DNA of 64,000 nt from Bacilli bacterium (GTDB lineage: Bacteria; Bacillota_I; Bacilli_A; RF39; UBA660), in NCBI GenBank assembly GCA_017450205.1, contig JAFSVF010000028.1, forward strand, positions 1,588 through 65,587, in the 5' to 3' direction. The notes under the pieces were generated by a model, which was not told the DNA's origin, searched no databases, and worked only from the letters and a program-made list of their open reading frames with translations. Of this stretch, positions 27,127-36,290 are shown piece by piece; position 1 is the first letter of the stretch, and each line of letters begins with the position of its first letter. The position numbers and the translations under genes are program-made.

Positions 27127-28383
27127 TCAATCTCTAACTATCGTGTTACTAAATCTAGTTTTCATATACTCATCTGGAAAATACTTATCATACTTTTCTT
27201 CAATAAAGCTTCTAGGAGCATCTCCATGACGTCTTGCTTGATAACGCATTCCATTTGTTGTAGAAATAACTAAATCAATCATAAATACACAAAATAAAAT
27301 TCTAACACATATCTTACCTATTTTTTCAGGTATGAAGTCAATTCCTTTATTTAATACTGGATATATACCTTTAATATAAATTACAGATGCTATTCCCCAA
27401 TAAAACGAGAATAAAAGATTAATTCTAGAATTTAAATTAAATGCATGTTTCCCATATGACCAAAATACTGTACCCAAGAAATATTCTGTAAAACAACTAC
27501 ATAAATATTCAAAGAAAGCACCTACTAAAGTACCAAATATTAATATAAAGAATATATTTGAATCTTTATGTTTATGTAGGAATACTGTACATAAAGCAAA
27601 TGCTCCACCCCATACTAAAGATATCTCTTCAAATATAAGTGAACTTCTATGCATCCATCTTCCCATTGAATATCTACAAAAGAATACTTCAATAATACAT
27701 CCAATCACACCAGTAATATAAAATATTAAAAATAACTTATATAAAGATAAATTATCTTTATCAAATGCTTTATTCTTAAAGTTAGGATAAGCTTTATTAA
27801 TTCTATCTAGAACAACTTCAGATACATTCTTAGCAATTAAGTCTTTATACTTCTTATTAGTTTTCTTCTTTCTTAATGAAATATACGAAAGTATAAAATC
27901 GAAAAGTAAAAATACATCACAAACAATTAAAAATAATACTCTAGAATTAAGATCAAAATCATTAAATATAAAAATAATAAAAGGACTAATAAACTTAGTT
28001 AAAAAAAATGATATTATACCTAAAATAATTGAATAATCTAAAGAAATAACTCCTTCATAATTAAACTTCTTATGACTAAAATCCCACCAATATCTATTAC
28101 TAATTTTATATAATAACTTAGCTGTAATAAAAGTTATAACTGCACTAAAAAATATAGATAAAAGTATTAAAAATAAATTATTATTTGTATATTTAAAACT
28201 AATATTTAAAATAATAGCTAAAAAACCATAAGACATACAAAAAGGACCATTAAGTATACCTCTATTAATATCCTTTTTATTTTTTATTGATGCAATACCT
28301 ACTTCAGTTATATAACCTAAAAAAGAATAAAAAAGAAATAAAATATTCAATTCACTAAATAATGTTAATTTCATTTCCTTCAC
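27127..28383 (-). CDS. Internally duplicated membrane protein of the 'putative ABC-transporter type IV' (PF06541-like) family
   Basis: First half: FLFYSFLGYITEVGIASIKNKKDINRGILNGPFCMSYGF. Second half: FYITGVIGCIIEVFFCRYSMGRWMHRSSLIFEEISLVWGGAF. At 418 aa it is roughly twice the usual family length. Confidence 0.5.
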   Translation of the reverse strand: MKEMKLTLFSELNILFLFYSFLGYITEVGIASIKNKKDINRGILNGPFCMSYGFLAIILNISFKYTNNNLFLILLSIFFSAVITFITAKLLYKISNRYWWDFSHKKFNYEGVISLDYSIILGIISFFLTKFISPFIIFIFNDFDLNSRVLFLIVCDVFLLFDFILSYISLRKKKTNKKYKDLIAKNVSEVVLDRINKAYPNFKNKAFDKDNLSLYKLFLIFYITGVIGCIIEVFFCRYSMGRWMHRSSLIFEEISLVWGGAFALCTVFLHKHKDSNIFFILIFGTLVGAFFEYLCSCFTEYFLGTVFWSYGKHAFNLNSRINLLFSFYWGIASVIYIKGIYPVLNKGIDFIPEKIGKICVRILFCVFMIDLVISTTNGMRYQARRHGDAPRSFIEEKYDKYFPDEYMKTRFSNTIVRD

Positions 28384-28417
28384 CTAGTGCTATTATAACA
28401 AAAAAAGATAGATTACT

Positions 28418-29050
28418 CTATCTTAGCGTATTTATTTTTTCTTGATAATTATCACTCATGCAGATGTAAGAACCACTAACAGCAATATCTACACCATCTA
28501 AAAGCTTAATAGTGTCATCATTAACTCCACCATCAAAACTTATTTCAAAATGATAATCATAATCATCTCTTATCTTAATTAATTCATCAATTTTCATAGT
28601 TGTTGAAGTAATAAGTTCTTGTCCTCCGAATCCCGGAATAACTCCCATAATAAGAACATAATCAACATTTTCTAAATATTGTTTAATTGATTCAACTTTA
28701 GTATAAGGATTAATAGCAATTCCAGCTTTTTTACCTTTAAAATGAATATATTCAATTAATTCACTTATATCATGATTAATTTCTGAGTGAATTATTAAAT
28801 ACTTACATCTTTTTAATGTACTAAAAGCATCAATATATTCTTTTGGATGATTAACCATTAAATGAATATCTAAATCTTTATTAGAATTTTTAAATAACTC
28901 TAATACTTCATCTTTAGTAAAAGTACTTCTTTTAACAAAAGTATTATCCATAAAGTCTACATGTATAAAATCAGCATCTGTTTTTTCCACATCATAAATA
29001 CATTTACTTCTTGGAAGTTTACTTTTTAGGATACTTACTGATATCTTCAT
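28418..29050 (-). CDS. rpe: Ribulose-phosphate 3-epimerase (divergent)
   Basis: MKISVSIL, FIHVDFMDNTFV, DIHLMV, PGFGGQE, SFDGGVN and VSGSYI match Rpe motifs. The gene sits in the canonical position after rsgA. ATG 29050 (AAAGGATGG upstream) gives the canonical N-terminus and overlaps rsgA by 32 nt. Confidence 0.75.
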   Translation of the reverse strand: MKISVSILKSKLPRSKCIYDVEKTDADFIHVDFMDNTFVKRSTFTKDEVLELFKNSNKDLDIHLMVNHPKEYIDAFSTLKRCKYLIIHSEINHDISELIEYIHFKGKKAGIAINPYTKVESIKQYLENVDYVLIMGVIPGFGGQELITSTTMKIDELIKIRDDYDYHFEISFDGGVNDDTIKLLDGVDIAVSGSYICMSDNYQEKINTLR

Positions 29051-29867
29051 ATTCTTCAACCATCCTTTTATAGTTTTCATATCTTGATTCTAGTATTTCA
29101 GAATTACTTACTTGCTCTTTAACTCTACAACCAATTTCATTTAAATGCATACAATCATTAAACTTACATGAGTTATCAAATTCAACAAAAGCAAATCTTA
29201 AATTTTCTTTTAAAATATCTAAATCAAGTGCACTAAATCCTGGAGTATCAACAATATAAAAATCTTTAAAATCATATACTTCAGTATGTCTAGTTGTATG
29301 TTTACCTCTACCTAATGCTTCACTAATATCATTAGTCTCAAGATTAAGTTCTGGTTTTATTTTGTTAATAAGTGTAGATTTACCAACACCAGTTTGTCCA
29401 GTTAATGTAACTAATGAACCTTTAATAAGACTTTTTAACTTATCTAATTCACTATTTAAAAGTGTTGGAATACCAATACTATTATAATAATCAATTATAG
29501 GTTTAAACTCATTTAATTCTTCATCACTTAATAAATCAGCTTTAGTAAGTACAATTATAGGTTTAATATCTTTAAGTACTACATTAGCTATCATTTTATC
29601 TAACAGATAAGAACTAAAATCAGGTCTAGTTAAACTAGTTACTATAATCGCTATATCAATATTAGCAACCTCTGGTCTTTTAAGTTCATTAAATCTCGGT
29701 TCAATAGAATCAATAGTTAAAGTATCTTTATTAAATTCAACTATATCACCTACCTTAGGAGAAGTTTTAATATATCTAAACTTCCCTCTAGGTATGCATT
29801 CATATTTTTCACCATCACACGAAACTGTATAAGTATTACTAATAATTTTAACTATTCTACCAGTCAT
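29019..29867 (-). CDS. rsgA: Ribosome small-subunit-dependent GTPase A
   Basis: Circularly permuted GTPase with VLTKADL (G4), GQTGVGKSTLIN (G1) and VDTPGF (G3). The C-terminal zinc knuckle is CKFNDCMHLNEIGC. Confidence 0.9.
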   Translation of the reverse strand: MTGRIVKIISNTYTVSCDGEKYECIPRGKFRYIKTSPKVGDIVEFNKDTLTIDSIEPRFNELKRPEVANIDIAIIVTSLTRPDFSSYLLDKMIANVVLKDIKPIIVLTKADLLSDEELNEFKPIIDYYNSIGIPTLLNSELDKLKSLIKGSLVTLTGQTGVGKSTLINKIKPELNLETNDISEALGRGKHTTRHTEVYDFKDFYIVDTPGFSALDLDILKENLRFAFVEFDNSCKFNDCMHLNEIGCRVKEQVSNSEILESRYENYKRMVEEYEDISKYPKK

Positions 29868-29869
29868 AA

Positions 29870-31681
29870 TTATCCAACATCTACGTCTGGATCAGTACCT
29901 TCTTCTTCATTAGCTGCTTCATCAGCAATCTTAATTTCAAGAGTTTGTCCAGCAACAACCTTAGAACCTACATTCTTAGATTGAGAATAAATTGTACCAA
30001 CACTATAGTCACTAGTAGGAACATAACTTGTAGTTAATGTAACACCATATTCATTACACCATTCTTCAATTTGAGTAAGTGTATATTTACCAGAAGTAAA
30101 GTCTGGATAAGTATCATCAATATGTTTAATAAATAATGTAATTGTTCCACCTTCACCAAGTTTTTCTCCAGCAGCAGGTTCAGTATACATAATTTCATTA
30201 GCTTGATAACTCTTATCAGTATCAACCTTTTTTATTTGAACAATAAGTCCATAATTCTTTTCAAGATCATACTTAACATTATTAGCATCTTTTCCAGTTA
30301 ATTCTTCAACTGTATAAGAATTTTCACCATTAGAAATATATAATGTTATTTCAGTACCAATCTTAACTCTTCTACCACTAATTGGATTAGTTTTCACAAC
30401 TTTTCCTTCAGGTACTTCAGAAGAATTCATATATTTATTTTCTGCAGCAACAGATAATTTTAATTTTTCTAACTTTTCTACTGCTTCTGATTCACTTAAA
30501 TTAGTTAAATCAGGAACTTTAACTTCTTTAACAGCAGTTACAGCAGGAATAATAAATGCTAAAGCAACGATGACAATAACTAAAGCTGTAAATATAGCAC
30601 CTAAAACAATTAATACTTTGTTTTCTCTTCTTCTCATATCTCTTTCAGTAAGCTTACGTGTTTTTATATCTACGTCACCCTTTTCCTTCTTTACAGGCCT
30701 TTTTTGAGGAGCCTTCTTTGGTTTCTCTTCATCATCAAAACCACTTAAATCTATATCATCTTTCTTTTTCTTTTCAGTCTTTTCTTCTGTCTTTTCTTTT
30801 TCTTTAACATCATCAAGTTCTTTATATTTAAAGTTATAACTTGGTTCAGCTGATCTTTCATCAGTTAAAGCTGTTTTTAAATCATCATGCATTTCTCTAG
30901 CATCATTATATCTATTCTTAGTGTTCTTAGCAGTAGCTTTCATAATTATATTCTCAATTGATTGAGGTAAATTAGGTAAGATACTTCTAATTTTTGGGAA
31001 TGGTTCTTTAATATGTTTTAAAGCTATTTCAACTGCATTATCACCTTTAAATGGTAATTCTCCAGTTAATAGTTCATACATTAAAATTCCCATTGAATAA
31101 ACGTCACTTTGAATAGTAGCACCTTTACCACTAGCTTGTTCAGGTGGTAAATAGTGTACACTACCCATAACTGAATTAGTTTGAGTAAGTTGTGTACTAT
31201 TAAGTGCCATTGCAATACCAAAGTCTGTAATCTTAATTAAACCATTTTCTAAAATCATTATATTTTGAGGTTTAATATCTCTATGAATAATATATTTATC
31301 ATGAGCTGCACTCATACCATCAGTTACTTGTAACATAATATCAACTACTTCAGTTAAAGTAAGTTTTCCTCTTTGTTTAAGTAATTGTTTCAAGTGTTTA
31401 CCCTTAATATATTCCATTACTATATAGTAAGAACCGTTATCCTCACCAACATCATAAACTTCTACAATGTTAGGGTGACTAAGACTTGATGCTGAAAGTG
31501 CTTCTCTTTGAAATCTTCTAACAAACTTTTCATCTGTAGCTAAATCTCCACGAAGGACTTTAACAGCAACATTTCTATCTAAAATTGTATCATAAGCAAG
31601 ATAAACATTAGCCATACCACCTTCACCGATGGTCTTCATAATTTGATATCTATCGTTTATCTTTTGTCCTTTCATTATCAT
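29870..31681 (-). CDS. prkC: Ser/Thr protein kinase with three extracellular PASTA repeats
   Basis: GEGGMANVY, VAVKVL, HRDIKPQN, DFGIA and SVHYLPPE, then a charged linker, a TM (VLIVLGAIFTALVIVIVALAFII) and three PASTA-like repeats. The ATG overlaps the stp TGA. Confidence 0.92.
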   Translation of the reverse strand: MIMKGQKINDRYQIMKTIGEGGMANVYLAYDTILDRNVAVKVLRGDLATDEKFVRRFQREALSASSLSHPNIVEVYDVGEDNGSYYIVMEYIKGKHLKQLLKQRGKLTLTEVVDIMLQVTDGMSAAHDKYIIHRDIKPQNIMILENGLIKITDFGIAMALNSTQLTQTNSVMGSVHYLPPEQASGKGATIQSDVYSMGILMYELLTGELPFKGDNAVEIALKHIKEPFPKIRSILPNLPQSIENIIMKATAKNTKNRYNDAREMHDDLKTALTDERSAEPSYNFKYKELDDVKEKEKTEEKTEKKKKDDIDLSGFDDEEKPKKAPQKRPVKKEKGDVDIKTRKLTERDMRRRENKVLIVLGAIFTALVIVIVALAFIIPAVTAVKEVKVPDLTNLSESEAVEKLEKLKLSVAAENKYMNSSEVPEGKVVKTNPISGRRVKIGTEITLYISNGENSYTVEELTGKDANNVKYDLEKNYGLIVQIKKVDTDKSYQANEIMYTEPAAGEKLGEGGTITLFIKHIDDTYPDFTSGKYTLTQIEEWCNEYGVTLTTSYVPTSDYSVGTIYSQSKNVGSKVVAGQTLEIKIADEAANEEEGTDPDVDVG

Positions 31682-32421
31682 TTATGAGCACCTTCTTTAT
31701 CTAAATATGCAATACTAATATTGTCAAGACCCCCACGAACGTTAGCTTTTTTAACAAGCTTTATAAGTTTATTATCTACACTTATATCATCTTCATTTAA
31801 TACTCTTTCAATTTGTTCAAATGAAAGCATATTTGTTAAACCATCACTACATAACATAATAGCATCAACATCACTTTCTACTTCAAACATATCAATTTCA
31901 CACTTATCAGTTGCACCAAGCGCTCTCATAAGTACATTTTTCTTTGGATGATTTTCAGCTTCTTCTTCACTTAATTCTCCAGTTTCAACTAAGAAATTAA
32001 CTAAAGTATGATCTTTTGTTACTTTCTTTAATTTATTATTCTTAAACACAAATCCCGAAGAATCTCCAATATTTACAAATAAAAGCATTTCTTTTGTTAC
32101 AAGTGCCATAACACATGTAGTACCTAAACCTGCTGCTTCAGGATGTTCGCTAGAATAATTAAGTATTTTTGAGTTTACTTCCTTAACATTTTCTCTTAAC
32201 CATGAAATAGCATCTTGTTTAGTACCAATTGTAGATAGTTTTTGAAATCTTTCACCAATTTGTGAAATAACCATAGATGATGCAACTTCACCAGCTCTAT
32301 GTCCACCCATACCATCTGCAACAATCATTAAATGTTCTCCAGCCTCATTTTTTACAATTGTAACTGAATCTTCATTATGACTTCTTACTTTACCAGCATC
32401 TGTAATATAAAATGATTTCAT
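31678..32421 (-). CDS. stp: PP2C-family Ser/Thr phosphatase
   Basis: RSHNEDS, VADGMGGHRAGEVAS, CSDGL and DNISI are PP2C motifs. The gene lies in the canonical rlmN-stp-prkC order. Confidence 0.9.
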   Translation of the reverse strand: MKSFYITDAGKVRSHNEDSVTIVKNEAGEHLMIVADGMGGHRAGEVASSMVISQIGERFQKLSTIGTKQDAISWLRENVKEVNSKILNYSSEHPEAAGLGTTCVMALVTKEMLLFVNIGDSSGFVFKNNKLKKVTKDHTLVNFLVETGELSEEEAENHPKKNVLMRALGATDKCEIDMFEVESDVDAIMLCSDGLTNMLSFEQIERVLNEDDISVDNKLIKLVKKANVRGGLDNISIAYLDKEGAHK

Positions 32422-33443
32422 TATTTATTCACCTCATTTGCTCTAAGTTGTCCACATGCAGCATCTATCAAGCTGCCAAATCTTCTTCTTACTGTTACAT
32501 TAATTCCGTTTCTTTTAAGTAAATCATAAAAAGCCATAACTCTTTCATTGGAACTCTTTTTAAATTCTATATGACTAGTTTCATTATATGGAATCAAATT
32601 AACATATACATTTAAGCCCTTAAGCAATTGTGCTAATTCTTTAGCACACTCAGGAGTATCATTAACTTCATTAAGCATTAAATACTCAATAGTTACCCTC
32701 CTGTTAGTTTTATCTATATATTTCTTAATAGCATCAATAAGTTTGTTAATATCATATGCTTTATTAACAGGCATAATCTTATTTCTTAATTCATTATTAG
32801 GAGCATGTAATGAAACTGCTAAATTAGTTTGTAATGGTTCATTACTATATTTTTCAATTCCAGGAATAAGTCCGGAAGTTGAAACGGTGATATGTCTTGC
32901 TCCAACTGCTATACCTTTTGGATTATTAATAATCTTAATGAAATTCATTACTTCATCATAATTATCAAAAGGTTCTCCAATACCCATTACTACTACGGAT
33001 GAAATACGTTCCTTTATTTCTTCTTCAATCATTAGTATTTGTAATACAATCTCAGATGCTTTTAAATTTCTAACCTTTTTAAGTCTACCCGACTCACAAA
33101 AAGCGCAACCCATATTACATCCAATTTGGCTAGATACACATACTGAGATACCATAATCATGTCTCATTAAAACAGACTCAATTAAGTTACCATCATTAAG
33201 TTCAAAAAGATATTTAGAAGTATCTTTACTATCTTGTTTTCTTCTTAGTTTAAGCATATCTATTGAAAAATTACTTTTCAACTTGTTTCTTAAATCTAAA
33301 CTAATATTACTCATATCATCAAATGATTTTACTCTTTTATCATATAACCATTCAAATACTTGTTTAGCTTTAAATTTCTTTTCACCAATACTAACAAAAT
33401 ACTCTTCTAACATTTCAATTGTATAATCAAAAATGCTATTCAT
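32421..33443 (-). CDS. rlmN: 23S rRNA/tRNA A2503/A37 C2-methyltransferase (radical SAM)
   Basis: FKAKQVFEWLY, the radical-SAM cluster motif GCNMGCAFCESG and the C-terminal IDAACGQL. Confidence 0.92.
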   Translation of the reverse strand: MNSIFDYTIEMLEEYFVSIGEKKFKAKQVFEWLYDKRVKSFDDMSNISLDLRNKLKSNFSIDMLKLRRKQDSKDTSKYLFELNDGNLIESVLMRHDYGISVCVSSQIGCNMGCAFCESGRLKKVRNLKASEIVLQILMIEEEIKERISSVVVMGIGEPFDNYDEVMNFIKIINNPKGIAVGARHITVSTSGLIPGIEKYSNEPLQTNLAVSLHAPNNELRNKIMPVNKAYDINKLIDAIKKYIDKTNRRVTIEYLMLNEVNDTPECAKELAQLLKGLNVYVNLIPYNETSHIEFKKSSNERVMAFYDLLKRNGINVTVRRRFGSLIDAACGQLRANEVNK

Positions 33444-33495
33444 ATTTCCACCCTATTCCATTATATCAAAATACAATAAAAAAGAATAGTTATAA

Positions 33496-34695
33496 CTATT
33501 CTCTTACCGATTTTATCTTGCCTTTTGCGTCAAGTTCTAACTCATGATTTTGATAATAATCAGTTTCAACTGGAAGCTTTTTATTATCTAATCTTTCTTC
33601 AATGAAATTTTTAACTATTTCATAGATAATAGTAAAGCATGGAACTCCAATTAATAAGCCAACTACACCGAAGAATCCTCCAAATAATGTAATAGCAAAT
33701 AATACCCAGAATGATGGTAATCCAGTTGCATTACTTTGAATTCTTGGAGTAATTAAATTAGCATCTATTTGTTGTAAACAAATGATAAATAATACAAATA
33801 TTAAAGCCATTAAAGGATCAACTACTGAAAGTAAAAGTGCACTTGGAATAGTTCCAATGTATGGTCCAAAATATGGTATTAAATCTGTCATTCCTATAAT
33901 AACTGCAATAAGTACAGCATATGGGAATTTACAAATTATTAAGAATAATAAAGTACATAAAGCAACAATTGATGAATCAGTTACTTTACCAACCATAAAT
34001 TTCAAGAAAACACTATTAACATGTTCAACATTATCAATAAATTTATTTACTTTATCAACATTAAAGAATGCATATAAAGTTTTTCTAATACCAGCACCAA
34101 AATTCTTAGTATTAGCTAAAATATAAACAGCAAATACAATACCAATAAGAATATTTAAGAAACCTGTAAATGCTCCAATAATACCACTAGAAATCTTAGT
34201 TAAACTAGTTTGAGCAAATGGTAATACATTACTCTTCAAATTAGTTACAACATCATTAATCATTGATGCATACTTTTCTGCATTATCACCATCACTTAAT
34301 ACTTTATTAATATAATCAGTTAATTGTTTTACATAAGCATCACTATTATTAATTAAACTAATAATACTTGTAAGTATTTGAGGAATAATAATACTGATAA
34401 TAGTAGTTAAAACTATAAATACAATTGCTAAAGTAGTTGCAATAGATAAATTTCTTTTAGCAGTTTTATTCTTCATCTTTTTATATACTTTATTTTCAAA
34501 AAAATTAACTATTGGATGTAATAAATATGCAATTACTAAACCAATTACTAAAGCACTTAATACTTTAAATATTTTACCTACAAAACCTAAAATACCAGGT
34601 AAATAAAATATTAAAAAATAAAATACAGTAGAAGCTACAACAACTAAAAATGCAGTTAAGCCCCATTTAAAATATTTACTTTTAAAAATATCCAT
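33496..34695 (-). CDS. AI-2E (PerM/YdiK) family transporter
   Basis: 399 aa with about 8 TM segments. TDLIPYFGPYIGTIPS and GLLIGVP are family-typical. Confidence 0.8.
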   Translation of the reverse strand: MDIFKSKYFKWGLTAFLVVVASTVFYFLIFYLPGILGFVGKIFKVLSALVIGLVIAYLLHPIVNFFENKVYKKMKNKTAKRNLSIATTLAIVFIVLTTIISIIIPQILTSIISLINNSDAYVKQLTDYINKVLSDGDNAEKYASMINDVVTNLKSNVLPFAQTSLTKISSGIIGAFTGFLNILIGIVFAVYILANTKNFGAGIRKTLYAFFNVDKVNKFIDNVEHVNSVFLKFMVGKVTDSSIVALCTLLFLIICKFPYAVLIAVIIGMTDLIPYFGPYIGTIPSALLLSVVDPLMALIFVLFIICLQQIDANLITPRIQSNATGLPSFWVLFAITLFGGFFGVVGLLIGVPCFTIIYEIVKNFIEERLDNKKLPVETDYYQNHELELDAKGKIKSVRE

Positions 34696-34702
34696 ATAAT
34701 CA

Positions 34703-35224
34703 CTATCTTTCTTTATAATCTATATATAATTTAACATCATTAACACTTATAGGTTCACTTATATTTCCGTTATATCTAAATCTTAAATAAATATTTTTCC
34801 CTTCATTAGATTTTAATATATCTCCTCTTTTAACAAGTGATCCGTCATCATAAATTAAATCATATTCTAAACCTTCACAATTTAAATTGCTACAATTAGG
34901 TTCAGGAATAACAAATTGAGTTATCTTAGCATCAACACTACCTTTATTAATAACATTAATTTTATAACTAATAGAATCATCGGAAGACTTTAATACAAAA
35001 CTTCCTCCATTAATACTTGTAGACTTTTCATTTACTTTGGGATTAACAATATCATATGCTTTTGAATTAACTACTTCAACACTTCCAAATGAAACATCCC
35101 ATGAAGGACTATTTGCTTCATCAATACTTAAAGAAGAATTAATTCCTAAGACTACAATAGTAAACAAGAATACAAAAATAATTAGAATATTAAATCCAAA
35201 TCTACTTTTATCCACATAAATCAC
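34703..35224 (-). CDS. Hypothetical exported/anchored protein (173 aa)
   Basis: N-terminal hydrophobic segment FNILIIFVFLFTIVVLGI, then a beta-rich domain with paired Cys (EPNCSNLNCEG). I recognised no family. Confidence 0.4.
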   Translation of the reverse strand: MIYVDKSRFGFNILIIFVFLFTIVVLGINSSLSIDEANSPSWDVSFGSVEVVNSKAYDIVNPKVNEKSTSINGGSFVLKSSDDSISYKINVINKGSVDAKITQFVIPEPNCSNLNCEGLEYDLIYDDGSLVKRGDILKSNEGKNIYLRFRYNGNISEPISVNDVKLYIDYKER

Positions 35225-35290
35225 CTTCTACCTTACTAATATAAGTATAGTTGATTTTAAAGTTTTAGTAAACAAAATTCAAATTCAATA

Positions 35291-35321
35291 TAAAAAATTG
35301 TTAACTCTTAAGTTAACAATT
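35291..35321 (-). terminator. Intrinsic terminator after 35361-35708
   Basis: 11-bp stem AATTGTTAACT (35296-35306) / AGTTAACAATT (35311-35321) with loop CTTA. A short U-run follows on the minus transcript. Confidence 0.6.
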
Positions 35322-35360
35322 AATTATTTAGTCTTTTTATAGAATCCTCTTAAAACTAAC

Positions 35361-35708
35361 TTATCTAAACAAATAATAAAAAATAAATAAAAAATGTATA
35401 ACTAATAAAACTATATCATAATAAAGTAAACAATATATTTCACTATTAAAGATTTGTAAAAATACACCAAACGAAAATAAAAACATCATAAATATCAAAC
35501 ATATTGATATAACAAAATAATCTATTTTTTCTACTCTCTTAAATTTCTTATTGCTATAAATTTTTGCAATAATTATATAATATATACACAATACTAAACA
35601 TAATATTATAGACTTTAATGAAAAACCATCAGTCCAAAAAAGCATAGCAAAAAGAAACATACCAATTATTATATTTAAAACAAAAATTAAATTAAAATCT
35701 CTTTTCAT
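35361..35708 (-). CDS. Small hypothetical membrane protein (4 TM)
   Basis: 115-aa, very hydrophobic ORF. Its start overlaps the stop of the upstream gene by 4 nt. Confidence 0.4.
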   Translation of the reverse strand: MKRDFNLIFVLNIIIGMFLFAMLFWTDGFSLKSIILCLVLCIYYIIIAKIYSNKKFKRVEKIDYFVISICLIFMMFLFSFGVFLQIFNSEIYCLLYYDIVLLVIHFLFIFYYLFR

Positions 35709-36280
35709 AAATCCTCCTTGTTAAAGGTAACAACTGGATCTATTACTCCAAGTAGTTCTGATAAAACTTTTAATTCTAAAGTTTTATTAGAATAAGTACC
35801 TATATTATCACTAATCTCATGAATTTCTCTATAATTAATATAATCTGTAAATTTAAATTCATAATTAGATATTCTTCTTGAATGAATTAATTGAGGATAT
35901 GTTTGTGATTCAATAGCATACTCAGTGATATAGCTATAAGCGTCTATATCTAAATCACATTCATTAAAAGCTTCTAAATATAATGCATAAAAAGTAACAC
36001 CATCTTTAAAATAATTATTATCATATTCTTTTAAAGTAACATCATTTTTATAATATGTACTTTTAACTCTATCAGATAAATTTTTTAAACTTATTTTACA
36101 AGTTTCTTTTGTTTCTAAAGAATCAATTCTTGTTTCAATAGTACTTATATTCATATCAAAATTATCTAATGTTTTAACATAAATTTTATTATTAAAACTA
36201 ACAATACTTAAAACACATCCCAATATACAAATAATAATAAAACATGTAATCATTCCAAAAATAAAATATTTAGTTTTCAT
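35705..36280 (-). CDS. Hypothetical membrane-anchored protein (191 aa)
   Basis: N-terminal TM (YFIFGMITCFIIICILGCVLSIV). I recognised no family. It lies directly downstream of ffh. Confidence 0.4.
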   Translation of the reverse strand: MKTKYFIFGMITCFIIICILGCVLSIVSFNNKIYVKTLDNFDMNISTIETRIDSLETKETCKISLKNLSDRVKSTYYKNDVTLKEYDNNYFKDGVTFYALYLEAFNECDLDIDAYSYITEYAIESQTYPQLIHSRRISNYEFKFTDYINYREIHEISDNIGTYSNKTLELKVLSELLGVIDPVVTFNKEDL

Positions 36281-36290
36281 TTTGTACCTC

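Noticed and set aside
28418-29080. rpe might be a decayed or frameshifted gene. It overlaps rsgA by 32-62 nt and reads MDNTFVKR where MD(G/N)HxVPN is usual.
   Set aside because: The metal and catalytic positions I can place (HVD, DIHLMV, PGFGGQ, FDGGV) are intact. The ORF is full length and the rsgA C-terminus has normal length. It is most simply a divergent but functional rpe with a genuine overlap.
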